Positions 52,159 to 62,999 are shown, counted from the first letter of the stretch. The stretch is 64,000 nucleotides of DNA from Candidatus Dadabacteria bacterium (GCA_022819805.1 JAJEGO010000014.1:6521-70520); one strand, 5' to 3'. Notes: generated by a model from the sequence alone, not told the origin. Translations and numbers: made by a program.

Positions 52159-53463
52159 TCAGAAGGAAACTCCATATCTGTAGCGCTTCGACATGTTCAT
52201 TCTGTCTTCGCAGATCTTTATCTTTTTGGAATAGAACGCTTTTTCGAAGGTTCCTTCGGTAAGACCGATTGCGCGGTTGAAGTTCGATATAGCGTCTTCG
52301 TACCTGTGAAGCTGGAAATTAAGATTTCCAAGAGTCGAATAAAGAAGGTCGTGCGATGAAATCTCCTCGACTTTTCGTATCCCTTTTATCGCCTCAAGAC
52401 CTTCCTGCGGTCCCTGGGTCTTGGAAATGGCTATTGCCTTTTGAAGCTCTACGAGCGGACAGTAATTGCACGCCAGATACTTGTCGTAAAGGGAGATGAT
52501 CCGGTCCCAGTTTGTGTCCCCGTATTTTTTCGCCAGGGAATGCACGGCGTCGACGCCGGCCTTTAAGTGAATCTCCGTGACCTCTCCCCCTTCCTCAGTT
52601 GAAAGGGCAAGGTGCTCGAAGCCCTTTTTGATCATGTTTCTGTCCCAGAGTTCCCTGTTCTGCTCCTTTATCCCGAGCGGTTTTCCGGCACCGTCGTTCA
52701 TGGTGCGAAGCCTTGAGGCGTTTAGCAGCATGAAGGATACAAGGGCGTGAACCCCGGGTTTTTTCGTCGCCGGGAAATCAAGCAGCATTTCGCCCAGTCT
52801 TATAGCGGAAAAGCACAAAGAGGCAATGGGAGGTGTTCCTTTTCGCAGGCCGTTTTGGCCGAGACTGAAAATCTCGTATATGTTTCTGGTCACCGACCCG
52901 AGATTTTTCTCCATTTCGGCCCGTGTCAGCCGGACGGCTTCTTCGGTTATCTTCTTTTTCTCAGAAGCGAGATGCTCTTCGAGGGCTTTTTCGTTTTTCT
53001 CAAGTATCCTCGCAAGGGATGAACTCGAAAACCCGCAGAGCACGTTCAGTACGAGGTATTTCTGAAAGGAGCTTTCAATCCGGGGGGCGCACAGAGCGAA
53101 AAGCAGTTCGACCTGATTTTTCGCCACTTCCTCTTTTTCCGGGAAGTGAAGGTGAAATCCCGATACGTCAATTCTTTCCTCTCCCTCGTTTGCCTTGGAG
53201 AGGTAGTTTATTTTCCTACAGAAAAGCTTGTTTGAGTTCTCCGTTACGTCAGCCCACACCGCGCCCTGGGGATCCTGGGGAATTCCGTCTTTTCCCCATC
53301 TGGTTTTCATCTTCTCAAAAGAGTTGGCGCACACCCTCTGCACATGCTCAAGGCTCTCGTAGCCGAAAACCTTCGCGAGAGTTGAAACGATCGCTCCGTA
53401 GTCGTTTATAAGCTGTTTTGTAATCTGCCTGTTTACTTCAGGCCGGCTGTATTTTATTCCCAA
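52159..53463 (-). CDS. ECF-type sigma factor with a long C-terminal DUF6596/TPR-like extension
   Basis: Degenerate sigma-2 and sigma-4 regions (LALCAPRI...VLNVLCGFSSSSLARIL). C-terminal ...RELWDRNMIKKG...DTNWDRIISLYDKY pattern typical of ECF sigmas that carry DUF6596. Confidence 0.55.
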   Translation of the reverse strand: MGIKYSRPEVNRQITKQLINDYGAIVSTLAKVFGYESLEHVQRVCANSFEKMKTRWGKDGIPQDPQGAVWADVTENSNKLFCRKINYLSKANEGEERIDVSGFHLHFPEKEEVAKNQVELLFALCAPRIESSFQKYLVLNVLCGFSSSSLARILEKNEKALEEHLASEKKKITEEAVRLTRAEMEKNLGSVTRNIYEIFSLGQNGLRKGTPPIASLCFSAIRLGEMLLDFPATKKPGVHALVSFMLLNASRLRTMNDGAGKPLGIKEQNRELWDRNMIKKGFEHLALSTEEGGEVTEIHLKAGVDAVHSLAKKYGDTNWDRIISLYDKYLACNYCPLVELQKAIAISKTQGPQEGLEAIKGIRKVEEISSHDLLYSTLGNLNFQLHRYEDAISNFNRAIGLTEGTFEKAFYSKKIKICEDRMNMSKRYRYGVSF

Positions 53464-53564
53464 CTGTCTGTTTCCTTTTTCCTGAATGCGGAGAACAGCT
53501 TTAATCTGAAACCGAAATAAAATACATATCGGAGCCTGAAAGTAAAGATTTCAGGAGTTTTTGC

Positions 53565-54059
53565 TTATTCGCCTTCTCTGGAGGCAAGTTCCCTGTCAAG
53601 AATCAGAAGCGCTGCCGGGCTGTCCTCGGCGAGTTTTATCTGCTCAACTACCTCCTCGGCGCTTTTTTCCTCCTCGACCTGCTCTTCTATGAACCAGTGG
53701 AGCATTACCAGAGTAGCCTGATCGTTTTTCGAGGTGGCGAGATCGTAAATATTGTTTATCATCCCCGTTACCTCCCTTTCGTGCTCAAGAACCTCCTCGA
53801 ACATTTCAAGGAACGCTCCGAACTCCGAAGCGGGCTGCTCTATCGAGTCGAGAACTACCCTGCCGCCCCTGTCGATCAGGTAATCGAAAAACTTCATCGC
53901 GTGCACAAGCTCCTCTTCGCTCTGCTTGCGGAGCCAGCTGGCGAAACCGGAAAAGTTTTTGGATTCACAGTAGGCGGACATTGAAAGATAGAGATAGGAT
54001 GAATAGTATTCGTTTCTTATCTGCGTGTTTATCGCGTCTTGTATGTCGCTGTCAATCAT
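53565..54059 (-). CDS. Ferritin-like protein (bacterial non-haem ferritin family)
   Basis: 164 aa. Di-iron ligand pattern (E..Y....E..H). Confidence 0.8.
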   Translation of the reverse strand: MIDSDIQDAINTQIRNEYYSSYLYLSMSAYCESKNFSGFASWLRKQSEEELVHAMKFFDYLIDRGGRVVLDSIEQPASEFGAFLEMFEEVLEHEREVTGMINNIYDLATSKNDQATLVMLHWFIEEQVEEEKSAEEVVEQIKLAEDSPAALLILDRELASREGE

Positions 54060-54260
54060 TTTGATTCCTCCTTGGTGTCCTGTTTTGCATTATTAATGAT
54101 AACCTGCTTGTTAAAAATTACTACTAAATGGTAATAATTTCCAACAAGAGTTTCTGCTCCGGATTATGCCTGACCCGATGCATGCTGTATAATAACGGGT
54201 TGTAAATATTCGGATCTGTATTATATACTCTAAATAGGCTTGTGTATCGAGGAGGAGAAA

Positions 54261-56672
54261 ATGTCAGATTCCGTGAACGCTAATGAGAAAGTCCTTCCGC
54301 TCCTTCCGCTTCGCGACGTAGTAATTTACCCCTACATGCTGGCTCCGCTTTTCGTGGGCAGGGAAAAATCCATAAAGGCACTTGAAGAAGCGGCGAAGGG
54401 GAACAAGGAAATATTTCTTTCTGCGCAGAAAGACGCCAAGGTAAACGAACCCGGAAACGAGGACATGTACAGAATCGGGACCATCGGGACCATAGTTCAG
54501 ATGCTCAGGCTTCCCGACGGCACGGTGAAGGTTCTTGTCGAGGGCAAAAAAAGGGCGTCCATATCGGGCTTCGTTCCCCACAAGGACATGTTTGTCGTGG
54601 AGGTAAAGGAGATAGAGGAGCCTTCGGGAGAGAGCGTGGAGGTTGAGGCGCTCATGCGCTCGGCCACCAAGCTTTTCGAGGATTACGTCAAGCTGAACAC
54701 CAAGATCCCCTCGGAGACTCTCGTCACTTTCATGTCCATTGAAGAGCCGGGCAAGCTCGGCGACACGGTCGCTTCGCATCTTAACATGAAACTTCCGGAC
54801 AAGCAGGAGATTCTGGAGGTGATACATCCGCTTGAGAGGCTTGAGAAGCTCTGCGAGAAGATGCAGTCGGAGCTTGAGATACTCCAGATGGAGAAGCGGA
54901 TAGGGAAAAGGGTCAAAAAGCAGATGGAAAAGGCCCAGAGGGAGTACTACCTGAACGAGCAGATGAAGGCCATCCAGAAGGAGCTCGGCACGAGCGACGA
55001 CCTTAAAAGCGAAATAGACGAGTTTGAAGAGAAACTGAAAGAAAAGGAGCTTCCCGAGGACGTGGAGCAGCGGGTTAAGAGGGAGATAGGCAAGCTTCGC
55101 ATGATGTCCTCCATGTCGGCCGAGGCGACAGTTGTGAGAAACTACATCGACTGGCTTCTGGATCTGCCGTGGATAGAGGAGAAAACCGAAGACCGCCTCG
55201 ATCTTGTGGAAGCCGCGACGATCCTCGATGAGGATCACTACGGCCTTGAAAAGCCCAAGGAGAGGATACTTGAGTATCTGGCGGTGCGCGTTCTCACGGA
55301 GAAGCTCAAGGGACCGATACTCTGCTTCGTCGGACCTCCGGGGGTCGGAAAGACCTCTTTGGCCAAGTCCATAGCCCGCGCCATGGGCCGCAAGTTCGTA
55401 AGGACGTCTCTAGGCGGGGTGCGCGACGAGGCCGAGATAAGGGGACACCGCAGAACCTACATAGGAGCTCTCCCTGGGAAGATCATACAGGGAATGAAAA
55501 AGGCCGGAACAGTGAACCCGGTTTTTCTCCTTGACGAGATTGACAAGCTGGGAATGGATTTCAGGGGAGACCCTGCTTCGGCGCTTCTCGAGGCCCTTGA
55601 TCCCGAGCAGAACTCGAGCTTCAACGATCATTACATTGAGGCCGACTATGACCTGTCAAGTGTAATGTTCATAATGACGGCCAACGTTCTGCACACGATT
55701 CCCTGGGCGCTTCAGGACCGCATGGAAATAATCCGTCTTCCGGGCTACACAGAGCAGGAGAAGCTCCAGATAGCCAGAAAGTTTCTTATAGGGAAGCAGC
55801 AGGAAAACCACGGTCTCAAGGAACACAAGGTGTCCATAAAGAACGAGGCTCTTCTGCAGATTATAAGAAGGTACACGAAGGAAAGCGGCGTGAGGAACCT
55901 TGAGAGGGAGATAGCGGCGCTTTGCAGGAAAGTGGCGAGGGAGATCGTCGAGAAGAAGAAAACCAAGGGGGTCAACATTACCGCCAAGAGCGTTAACAAG
56001 TATCTCGGCACTCCCAAGTACGAGTACGGAGAGATCGAGCAGACCGATCAGGTGGGAGCTGCTACGGGGCTCGCGTGGACGGAGCTCGGAGGAGAGCTTC
56101 TTACCATAGAAGTCTCGATCGTCCCCGGCAAGGGGAATTTCACCGTCACCGGCAAGCTCGGGGAGGTAATGCAGGAATCCGCGCGCGCGGCGATGAGCTA
56201 CGTAAGGAGCAGGGCGCAGCGCCTGGGGCTTGAAAGGCTCTTCTATCAGAACGTGGACATACACATTCACGTTCCCGAGGGGGCTACTCCGAAGGACGGA
56301 CCGAGTGCCGGCATAGCGATAGCGAGCGCCATAGCGAGCGCCATTACGAGAAAGCCCATAAACAGGGAAATCGCCATGACGGGAGAGATCACGCTTCGGG
56401 GAAGGGTGCTTACGATTGGAGGGCTCAAGGAAAAAATACTGGCGGCCCACAGGGGCAGGGTAAAGGAAGTCCTGATTCCGATGGACAACAAAAAGGACAT
56501 TGAGGACATACCGGAGAACGTGAGGAAAGAGGTGAAGGTAACCACCGTGGAGCATATGGACGAGGTGATCGACAAGGTAATCCTCTCCGATGAGCCGGTG
56601 CTTAAAAACTTTGTTGTTCCCAAGGCCGGTTATCCTCTTGAGGCCGACCCGGTGCCGAAGAACATAAACTGA
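54261..56672 (+). CDS. lon: ATP-dependent protease Lon
   Basis: LON N-domain ([15 protein letters not shown]). AAA+ Walker [11 protein letters not shown]-terminal Ser-Lys dyad (PKDGPSAG). Confidence 0.9.
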   Translation: MSDSVNANEKVLPLLPLRDVVIYPYMLAPLFVGREKSIKALEEAAKGNKEIFLSAQKDAKVNEPGNEDMYRIGTIGTIVQMLRLPDGTVKVLVEGKKRASISGFVPHKDMFVVEVKEIEEPSGESVEVEALMRSATKLFEDYVKLNTKIPSETLVTFMSIEEPGKLGDTVASHLNMKLPDKQEILEVIHPLERLEKLCEKMQSELEILQMEKRIGKRVKKQMEKAQREYYLNEQMKAIQKELGTSDDLKSEIDEFEEKLKEKELPEDVEQRVKREIGKLRMMSSMSAEATVVRNYIDWLLDLPWIEEKTEDRLDLVEAATILDEDHYGLEKPKERILEYLAVRVLTEKLKGPILCFVGPPGVGKTSLAKSIARAMGRKFVRTSLGGVRDEAEIRGHRRTYIGALPGKIIQGMKKAGTVNPVFLLDEIDKLGMDFRGDPASALLEALDPEQNSSFNDHYIEADYDLSSVMFIMTANVLHTIPWALQDRMEIIRLPGYTEQEKLQIARKFLIGKQQENHGLKEHKVSIKNEALLQIIRRYTKESGVRNLEREIAALCRKVAREIVEKKKTKGVNITAKSVNKYLGTPKYEYGEIEQTDQVGAATGLAWTELGGELLTIEVSIVPGKGNFTVTGKLGEVMQESARAAMSYVRSRAQRLGLERLFYQNVDIHIHVPEGATPKDGPSAGIAIASAIASAITRKPINREIAMTGEITLRGRVLTIGGLKEKILAAHRGRVKEVLIPMDNKKDIEDIPENVRKEVKVTTVEHMDEVIDKVILSDEPVLKNFVVPKAGYPLEADPVPKNIN

Positions 56673-56698
56673 GAGTAGAGGTTATTCAGTGTTTTAAG

Positions 56699-56733
56699 AG
56701 CCCCGAGGCGGCCGCTGCCGCTTTGGGGCTTTT
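56699..56733 (+). terminator. Rho-independent terminator downstream of lon
   Basis: 13-bp stem gccccgaggcggc / gccgctttggggc (with G-U pairs) followed by ttttt. Confidence 0.6.
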
Positions 56734-56754
56734 TAGTTTAGGGAGACTCAAGAA

Positions 56755-57801
56755 GTGAAACCCGCAATAAAAGGAAGAGGATCCCCGGAGAACCCTGCGG
56801 GAAGGTTCGAGCGGATCGATTTTGTCGCGGATGAGGATGCGCCTGTCGCTGACGGCGCCCCCAAGACCGTCTACTACAGTGACCGGACAAAGACGATAAT
56901 CTCTTACAACCAGAGCCCCGACGTTTCATTTGACGCGAGCATCAATCCCTACAGGGGCTGCGAGCACGGATGCGTTTACTGCTATGCGAGGCCCACTCAT
57001 GAATACCTGGGGCTTTCCGCGGGGCTTGATTTCGAAACGAAAATATTCGTCAAGCAAAACGCTCCGGAGCTTCTGAGAAGGGAGCTTCAGTCGGTGAAAT
57101 GGGTTCCGAAGCCAATAGCGATGAGCGGGGTCACGGACTGCTACCAGCCGGCGGAAAAGCATTTCCGGATAACGAGAAAATGCCTTGAAGTTCTGCGCGA
57201 ATTCCAAAACCCGGTCGGGATAGTGACCAAAAATTATCTCGTGACCCGCGATATTGATATCCTCTCCGACATGGCTCGAATCGGCTGCGCGGGCGCGGTC
57301 ATCTCCGTTACGACCCTTGACGGCGAACTCTCAAGGAAAATGGAGCCCAGGGCTTCGCAGCCCGAGTACAGGCTCAAGGCCATAGCCAGGCTTGCAGATG
57401 CCGGCATTCCCGTGACGGTGCTCATAGCCCCGGTGATTCCGGGGCTGACGGACCATGAGGTTCCGGCCATAATGAAAGAGGCTTCTGCCCGAGGGGCGGT
57501 TGACGCCGGTTACGTTATGCTCAGGCTTCCCTACGGCGTGGGCGACATATTTTCCGATTGGCTCAAGCGCCACTACCCCGACAGAAGGAAAAAGATCTTG
57601 GGGAGAATCGAGTCGATGAGGGACGGGACCCTCAACTCTTCTGAGTACCGCGTCCGGATGAAGGGAAAGGGAATTTTTGCGGAGCAGATAGAAAGAATCT
57701 TTCGCGTGGCTTACGGGAAATTCGGCTTTTCGGGGAGGAAGGCGCCCCTTGATGCTTCCCGTTTCAAAAGAAGCGGGGCTGCCCAGCTTGAGCTTTTCTG
57801 A
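56755..57801 (+). CDS. Radical SAM protein, PA0069/SplB-like family
   Basis: CEHGCVYCYAR radical-SAM motif. About 348 aa. GTG start at 56755. Confidence 0.7.
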   Translation: MKPAIKGRGSPENPAGRFERIDFVADEDAPVADGAPKTVYYSDRTKTIISYNQSPDVSFDASINPYRGCEHGCVYCYARPTHEYLGLSAGLDFETKIFVKQNAPELLRRELQSVKWVPKPIAMSGVTDCYQPAEKHFRITRKCLEVLREFQNPVGIVTKNYLVTRDIDILSDMARIGCAGAVISVTTLDGELSRKMEPRASQPEYRLKAIARLADAGIPVTVLIAPVIPGLTDHEVPAIMKEASARGAVDAGYVMLRLPYGVGDIFSDWLKRHYPDRRKKILGRIESMRDGTLNSSEYRVRMKGKGIFAEQIERIFRVAYGKFGFSGRKAPLDASRFKRSGAAQLELF

Positions 57802-57816
57802 TTCAAAAAAGGCGGT

Positions 57817-58470
57817 CTATCTCGCCTCTTCAAGCCTTACAAGCAGTTCCTTTATTTCCTTTGACTTTATTTTCATGCTCACCTTGTTGACTACGAACTT
57901 AGCGCTTATTTCCGCTACCACTTCCACTATCTCAAGATCGTTTTTCTTGAGGGTCTCTCCAGTTGCCGTGAGATCCACTATGGCGTCGCAAAGGCCTATT
58001 ATGGGCGCCAGCTCAACCGAGCCGTAGAGTTTTATGACTTCCGTGCTTATGCCTTTTTTGTTGTAGAAATCACTTGCTATCTTCGGATACTTGCTCGCGA
58101 TCCGCAAAGAGGACTTGCCCGATTTCTCAAACCCTTTCGGGGCGGCGACCACCATCTTGCATTCTCCTATTCCGAGGTCAAGAGGCTCGTAAAGATTGCA
58201 CTCCTGCTCCATAAGGGTGTCCTTGCCGACTATCCCGCAGTCCGCAGCTCCGTACTCAACGTAGGAGGCGACATCCGTAGGTCTCACTATAAGCAGTTTG
58301 ATCCTAGTCTCTTCAAACTCGAATATGAGCCTTCTCGAATCCTCGATTATCTCCGTTATGTCTATCGAGGCTCTTTTGAAAAGCTCGACGGTTTCCTTAA
58401 GAAGTCTCCCCCTGGGCGTCGCTATCGTTATCACTCTTTTTCCCTCCAGATGCTGGCTCCGACGGAGCAA
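57817..58470 (-). CDS. hisG: ATP phosphoribosyltransferase HisG (short form)
   Basis: ITIATPRGRLLKE N-terminus and PRPP-binding region. The annotated start overlaps the murA 3' end by 40 nt, so the true start may be internal. Confidence 0.8.
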   Translation of the reverse strand: MLRRSQHLEGKRVITIATPRGRLLKETVELFKRASIDITEIIEDSRRLIFEFEETRIKLLIVRPTDVASYVEYGAADCGIVGKDTLMEQECNLYEPLDLGIGECKMVVAAPKGFEKSGKSSLRIASKYPKIASDFYNKKGISTEVIKLYGSVELAPIIGLCDAIVDLTATGETLKKNDLEIVEVVAEISAKFVVNKVSMKIKSKEIKELLVRLEEAR

Positions 58471-59687
58471 AGCTTTTCATCAAGTTTCTCATATCCGCGG
58501 TCAAGATGATAGATTCTCGACACTTCCGTTCTCCCCGTGCCGCAAAGCCCGGCCAGTACGAGCGAGGCGCTTGCACGAAGATCACTTGCCATGATTGGAG
58601 CTCCCCTAATCTCGGTTACTCCCCTTACAACGGCGCTGTTTCCCACAAGTTTGATGTCCGCGCCCATCCTCCGCAGTTCGGCGGTGTGCATGAACCTCTG
58701 CGGAAATATGTTCTCCGTTATCACGCTCATTCCGTCGGCAACGCACATGAGTATCATCATCTGGGCCTGCATGTCGGTCGGGAATCCGGGGTAGGGAAGG
58801 GTGGAGAAATCTATGCTTCTTACCTCCCCTGAGCCCCGCACCCTGATGGAGTTTCCGTTTTTCTCTATTTCAGTTCCCGTCTGAAGCAGTTTTCCCGTAA
58901 GCGCTCCCAAGTGCTCGAACCTGCAGTTCCTTATCACGAGATCGCTCTCGTTAAGGGCGCCGGCTATCATCAGGGTTCCCGCCTCTATCCTGTCGGGCAT
59001 CACCCTGTAATCTCTGAGCGGACCGAGCGAGCTTACCCCTGTTATCGTTATTATGTCCGTCCCGGCCCCTTCTATCTTGGCTCCCATGAGATTGAGCGCG
59101 TTTGCGAGATCCACCACTTCGGGTTCGCAGGCGGCGTTTAGTATAACGGTTTCTCCTTCAGAGAGGCTTGCCAGCAGCATTATGTTTTCAGTTCCCGTGA
59201 CGGTCGAGAGATCAAAAGGCACTGTGGTCCCTTCAAGTTTTTTCGCGGCGGCGCTTACGTAGCCGTCTTCAAGCTGCACTGAAGCCCCAAGAATGCGGAG
59301 TCCCTTTATGTGCTGATCTATGGGTCTCTCCCCTATCGCGCATCCTCCGGGAAGCGAGACCTCCGCTTTTTTGAACCTGGCCACAAGCGGTCCCAGGACC
59401 AGAACCGAAGCTCTCATCGTCTTCACCAGCTCGTAGGGGGCCTTGTAGCGGTCAATTGTCTTTGAGTTGACACGCAGTTCTCCATCTGCGTATTCGCATT
59501 TCGCGCCCAGAGTTTCAAGGAGCTCCATCATCGTCCGGACATCCGCCAGATCCGGAACGTTCGAGATGGTGTTCTCCCCGTCGTTCAGTATGCAGGCGGC
59601 TATTATCGGGAGCACGGCGTTTTTCGCTCCGCCGACCGCCACTTCTCCCGAAAGCCTCTTTTTTCCTTCTATTACTATTTTTTCCAA
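58431..59687 (-). CDS. murA: UDP-N-acetylglucosamine 1-carboxyvinyltransferase MurA
   Basis: 418 aa. GGAKNAVLP N-terminus and active-site Cys region. Confidence 0.9.
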   Translation of the reverse strand: MEKIVIEGKKRLSGEVAVGGAKNAVLPIIAACILNDGENTISNVPDLADVRTMMELLETLGAKCEYADGELRVNSKTIDRYKAPYELVKTMRASVLVLGPLVARFKKAEVSLPGGCAIGERPIDQHIKGLRILGASVQLEDGYVSAAAKKLEGTTVPFDLSTVTGTENIMLLASLSEGETVILNAACEPEVVDLANALNLMGAKIEGAGTDIITITGVSSLGPLRDYRVMPDRIEAGTLMIAGALNESDLVIRNCRFEHLGALTGKLLQTGTEIEKNGNSIRVRGSGEVRSIDFSTLPYPGFPTDMQAQMMILMCVADGMSVITENIFPQRFMHTAELRRMGADIKLVGNSAVVRGVTEIRGAPIMASDLRASASLVLAGLCGTGRTEVSRIYHLDRGYEKLDEKLCSVGASIWREKE

Positions 59688-60517
59688 GTCGCTTTCACTA
59701 CCCTTTTTACGCCGCCGATATCGGTTTTGAGGCGTATATCTGAAAAACCGTTTCCGCGGATTATCCTCTCCGCGCTTTCCGCCTGCCCGGCTCCGATTTC
59801 AAGGAGCAGAAAGCCTCCTTCCCGGAGCACCCTCCCTGCCGCAGCAGCTATTTTCCTTATGTACTCAAGTCCGTCCTCTCCGCCGAGAAGCGCTGCGTGG
59901 GGCTCATGGTGCCTTATCTGCGCGGAAAGCTCCGCGTATTGCGCTTCCGAGACGTAAGGCGGATTGGAAATTATCATGTCAAATGAAGATTTTGCAAAGC
60001 AGCCGAGAAGATCCGAGCTTACAAACCGCACGCAAGCACCGTTTGCCCGGGCGTTTCCCTCCGCCACCGAAAGCGCCGCGGCGGATACGTCCGAGGCAAA
60101 AACCTCGCAGTCGCGTACCTCAAGAAAGAGGGTTACGGCGAGGCATCCGCTTCCCGTCCCGAGATCCAGGATGCGGGGATTTTTCATCCGCCCCACGGTT
60201 TCTATCCCGAGTTCCACAAGCGTTTCGGTTTCCGGTCTCGGTATCAGAACGTCCGGGGTCACGACAAAGGGCCTTGAGTAGAATTCCCGTTTGCCGACCA
60301 CATACGCGAGAGGTTCTCCCCCGAGACGTCGGCTAAGGAGCTTTTCAAACGCCGCCGTGCGCTCCGGACCCACGCGTCTTTCCGGATGCGCGTAGAGTTC
60401 AAGCGGGTCCGTGTCGAGGCTTTTTGCGAGTATTGCCCTGGTTTCGATTCCCGGACACTCGAAACTGTTTTCCTCGAAGCTTTTTCTGCCTTTCAGGTAA
60501 AGTTGTTTAAGTTCCAT
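59675..60517 (-). CDS. prmC: Release factor glutamine N5-methyltransferase PrmC (HemK)
   Basis: ILDLGTGSGC SAM motif and NPPY motif (IISNPPYV). Confidence 0.8.
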   Translation of the reverse strand: MELKQLYLKGRKSFEENSFECPGIETRAILAKSLDTDPLELYAHPERRVGPERTAAFEKLLSRRLGGEPLAYVVGKREFYSRPFVVTPDVLIPRPETETLVELGIETVGRMKNPRILDLGTGSGCLAVTLFLEVRDCEVFASDVSAAALSVAEGNARANGACVRFVSSDLLGCFAKSSFDMIISNPPYVSEAQYAELSAQIRHHEPHAALLGGEDGLEYIRKIAAAAGRVLREGGFLLLEIGAGQAESAERIIRGNGFSDIRLKTDIGGVKRVVKATWKK

Positions 60518-60597
60518 CTGAGCTTGAAAAGATGAAGTGTATACGCGGAAGACGCGTTTTCAAGTTCCGGATCCTTGCCCGGAGGGTTTTTCCCCGA

Positions 60598-61188
60598 ATG
60601 CTTAAAAGCAGAAGTTTCATACTTGCGTCCTCTTCCCCGAGAAGAAGGGAACTGCTCGCGAATGTGGGCCTTGATTTCGAAGTGATTGAGCCCCGGGTGC
60701 GCGAGAGCGCCCGGGAGGGAGAAGCGCCGCTTGATTTCGCAAAGCGCATGGCCAGGGAGAAAGCGCTCAGCGTCTCGGGGAATGTGCCGCGGGGGCGAAT
60801 CGTCGTGGGCGGCGACACGATAGTATCTGTTTCCGGAGAGATTCTCGGCAAGCCGAGAGATGAGGAAGACGCGTTTTCGATGCTGCGGAAACTCTCCGGG
60901 AAAACCCATGAAGTCATAACCGGCTTCTGCGTTGCGAGATCCCCCGGAGAGGTTCTTCACCTTGGGGCCACCAGCACTGAGGTGCGGATCAGGTCCCTTG
61001 ATAGCGAAGGGATGCGTCGGTACATTAAAACCGGGGAGCCTATGGATAAGGCCGGCGCTTATGCCATTCAGGGTGCCGGGTCGTGTCTTGTCGAGTGGAT
61101 AAGGGGTTCCTACACGGGTGTCGTCGGACTTCCGCTTTCCGAACTCGTTTCCGTACTCTCGGATATAGGTGTCGTGGAATCCGGATGA
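60598..61188 (+). CDS. maf: Maf-family nucleotide pyrophosphatase
   Basis: ILASSSPRRRELL N-terminus. About 196 aa. Confidence 0.8.
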   Translation: MLKSRSFILASSSPRRRELLANVGLDFEVIEPRVRESAREGEAPLDFAKRMAREKALSVSGNVPRGRIVVGGDTIVSVSGEILGKPRDEEDAFSMLRKLSGKTHEVITGFCVARSPGEVLHLGATSTEVRIRSLDSEGMRRYIKTGEPMDKAGAYAIQGAGSCLVEWIRGSYTGVVGLPLSELVSVLSDIGVVESG

Positions 61189-61874
61189 ACTTGAAGGACA
61201 GAATAGACGGGGTAGAACGGAGAATCGAGGAGGCGTGCCGAAAATCCGGGAGAGGCAGGGACGAAGTGCGGCTGGTTGCGGTCTCTAAGAAGTTTGCTCT
61301 TCCCGTGATTCTCGAGGCCAACCGGCTGGGGCTCCAGGATTTCGGGGAGAACTACGCCCAGGAGCTTCGCGACAAGCAGAGAGAGGCTGGAGAGGGCACT
61401 GCCGGCACGCTTCGCTGGCACTTTATCGGGGCCCTGCAGAGAAACAAGGTTAAGTACGTGGTGGGCAAGGCGGATCTTGTACACGCGGTTGACAACATGG
61501 CCCTCGTTACGGAACTTGATAAGAGGGCTGCGGCTTCCGGAACCCGTGTCCGGGCGCTTGTGGAGATAAACGGCGGGGAGCAGAGCAAAAACGGGATTCG
61601 AGGGGATGACCTTCGAGAGTTTCTCGAGGGCTCTTCCCGGTTCCAAAACGTTTTACTTGAGGGGCTAATGATAATGCCTCCTTACTTCGAGGACCCCGAG
61701 ATGAGCAGGCCGTGGTTCTCAGGACTCAGAGAGATGAGGGACAAGATGGTGGGGGAGTTTCCCGGGATGCGGGAGCTTTCAATGGGCATGAGCAATGATT
61801 TTGAGGTGGCGATTGAAGAGGGGGCCACGATTCTCAGGGTAGGTTCGGCGCTTTTCGGTCCGAGGCCCGAGTGA
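61185..61874 (+). CDS. yggS: YggS-family PLP-binding protein (PLP homeostasis)
   Basis: VRLVAVSKKF with the PLP-binding Lys. ATGA overlap with maf. Confidence 0.85.
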   Translation: MNLKDRIDGVERRIEEACRKSGRGRDEVRLVAVSKKFALPVILEANRLGLQDFGENYAQELRDKQREAGEGTAGTLRWHFIGALQRNKVKYVVGKADLVHAVDNMALVTELDKRAAASGTRVRALVEINGGEQSKNGIRGDDLREFLEGSSRFQNVLLEGLMIMPPYFEDPEMSRPWFSGLREMRDKMVGEFPGMRELSMGMSNDFEVAIEEGATILRVGSALFGPRPE

Positions 61875-61882
61875 GTTTGAAA

Positions 61883-62698
61883 ATGAAAAAAGCAGGTTTC
61901 ATAGGAGCGGGAAACATGGCCGAGGCGATGGTAAGGGGACTTCTCGCTTCTGGAAGCTTTAAGAAAAAAGACATAACGCTTTCGGACATAGAGCCCGCCA
62001 GGCTCTCTTACCTGTCGTCGCAGTACGGAGTTACGACCACCTCTGACAACAAGGAGGCGGTAAAGACATCCGACATGGTGATTTTTTCCGTTAAGCCCCA
62101 GGTGATCCCCTCGGTCTGCGAAGAAGTGCGAAATGTTGCCACCAGAGACAAGCTCTACGTGTCAATCGCGGCCGGGGTTAAGCACTCTTTTATAAAAAGG
62201 CTTATCGGCAGGGAGATAAAGCTCGCGCGGGTTATGCCAAACACCCCGAGTCTCGTGCTTGAGGGAGCATCCTGCGTTTATTTCGGCGAGGGGTTCTCCG
62301 GGGAAGAGGAAGACCTGATTCTCGAGATTCTCGGGTCTTTGGGAAAGGCCTTTCGGGTTGAGAGCGAGAACCTTATGGACGCCGTTACGGCCCTTTCCGG
62401 AAGCGGTCCGGCTTTTGTGTCGATTTTCATTGAGGCGCTTTGCGACGGGGCGGTTAAAATGGGGCTTTCAAGGAAGCTTGCCACGGAACTTGCCGCACAG
62501 ACCGTCCTGGGCACCTCGAAAATGATTCAGGAGGGCGCCGGGCACCCTGCCGAAATAAAAGATATGGTTACATCGCCCGGGGGAACCACGGCAAGCGGGA
62601 TTCACTCGCTTGAGCAGGGCGGTTTTAGGGCCGCGGTGATATCCGCCATCGAAGCTGCGGCAAGACGTTCCGCGGAACTTTCAGGAGAGGAGGACTGA
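61883..62698 (+). CDS. proC: Pyrroline-5-carboxylate reductase ProC
   Basis: Rossmann motif GFIGAGNMAEAM and a ProC C-terminal dimerisation domain. Confidence 0.85.
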   Translation: MKKAGFIGAGNMAEAMVRGLLASGSFKKKDITLSDIEPARLSYLSSQYGVTTTSDNKEAVKTSDMVIFSVKPQVIPSVCEEVRNVATRDKLYVSIAAGVKHSFIKRLIGREIKLARVMPNTPSLVLEGASCVYFGEGFSGEEEDLILEILGSLGKAFRVESENLMDAVTALSGSGPAFVSIFIEALCDGAVKMGLSRKLATELAAQTVLGTSKMIQEGAGHPAEIKDMVTSPGGTTASGIHSLEQGGFRAAVISAIEAAARRSAELSGEED

Positions 62699-62699
62699 C

Positions 62700-62999
62700 A
62701 TGGAAATATTAGGAGGCAATTTCTTAAGAGCCATAGCGGAAGTTGTGGACATACTTCTTAGCGTATACATATGGCTCATAGTGGGACGGGCTATACTCTC
62801 GTGGGTGAACCCCGACCCTTATAATCCGATAGTGAGATTTCTTTACTCGGCCACGGAACCGGTTCTGGGTTTTGCCAGGAGATACATTCCTCCCATCGGG
62901 GGCTCAATAGACCTAAGTCCCATAGTGGTTCTGCTTCTGATAGTTTTCATAAAGCGCGCCGTTGTTAACTCTCTTTTCCAGATGGCGGTCGGCTTGTGA
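62700..62999 (+). CDS. yggT: YggT-family membrane protein
   Basis: 99 aa with two TM helices. Part of the conserved yggS-proC-yggT gene order. Confidence 0.7.
   Translation: MEILGGNFLRAIAEVVDILLSVYIWLIVGRAILSWVNPDPYNPIVRFLYSATEPVLGFARRYIPPIGGSIDLSPIVVLLLIVFIKRAVVNSLFQMAVGL

Noticed and set aside
54264-55238. 324-aa minus-strand ORF antisense to lon
   Set aside because: Lon motifs are unambiguous on the plus strand. The antisense translation is Leu/His-rich with no motifs.
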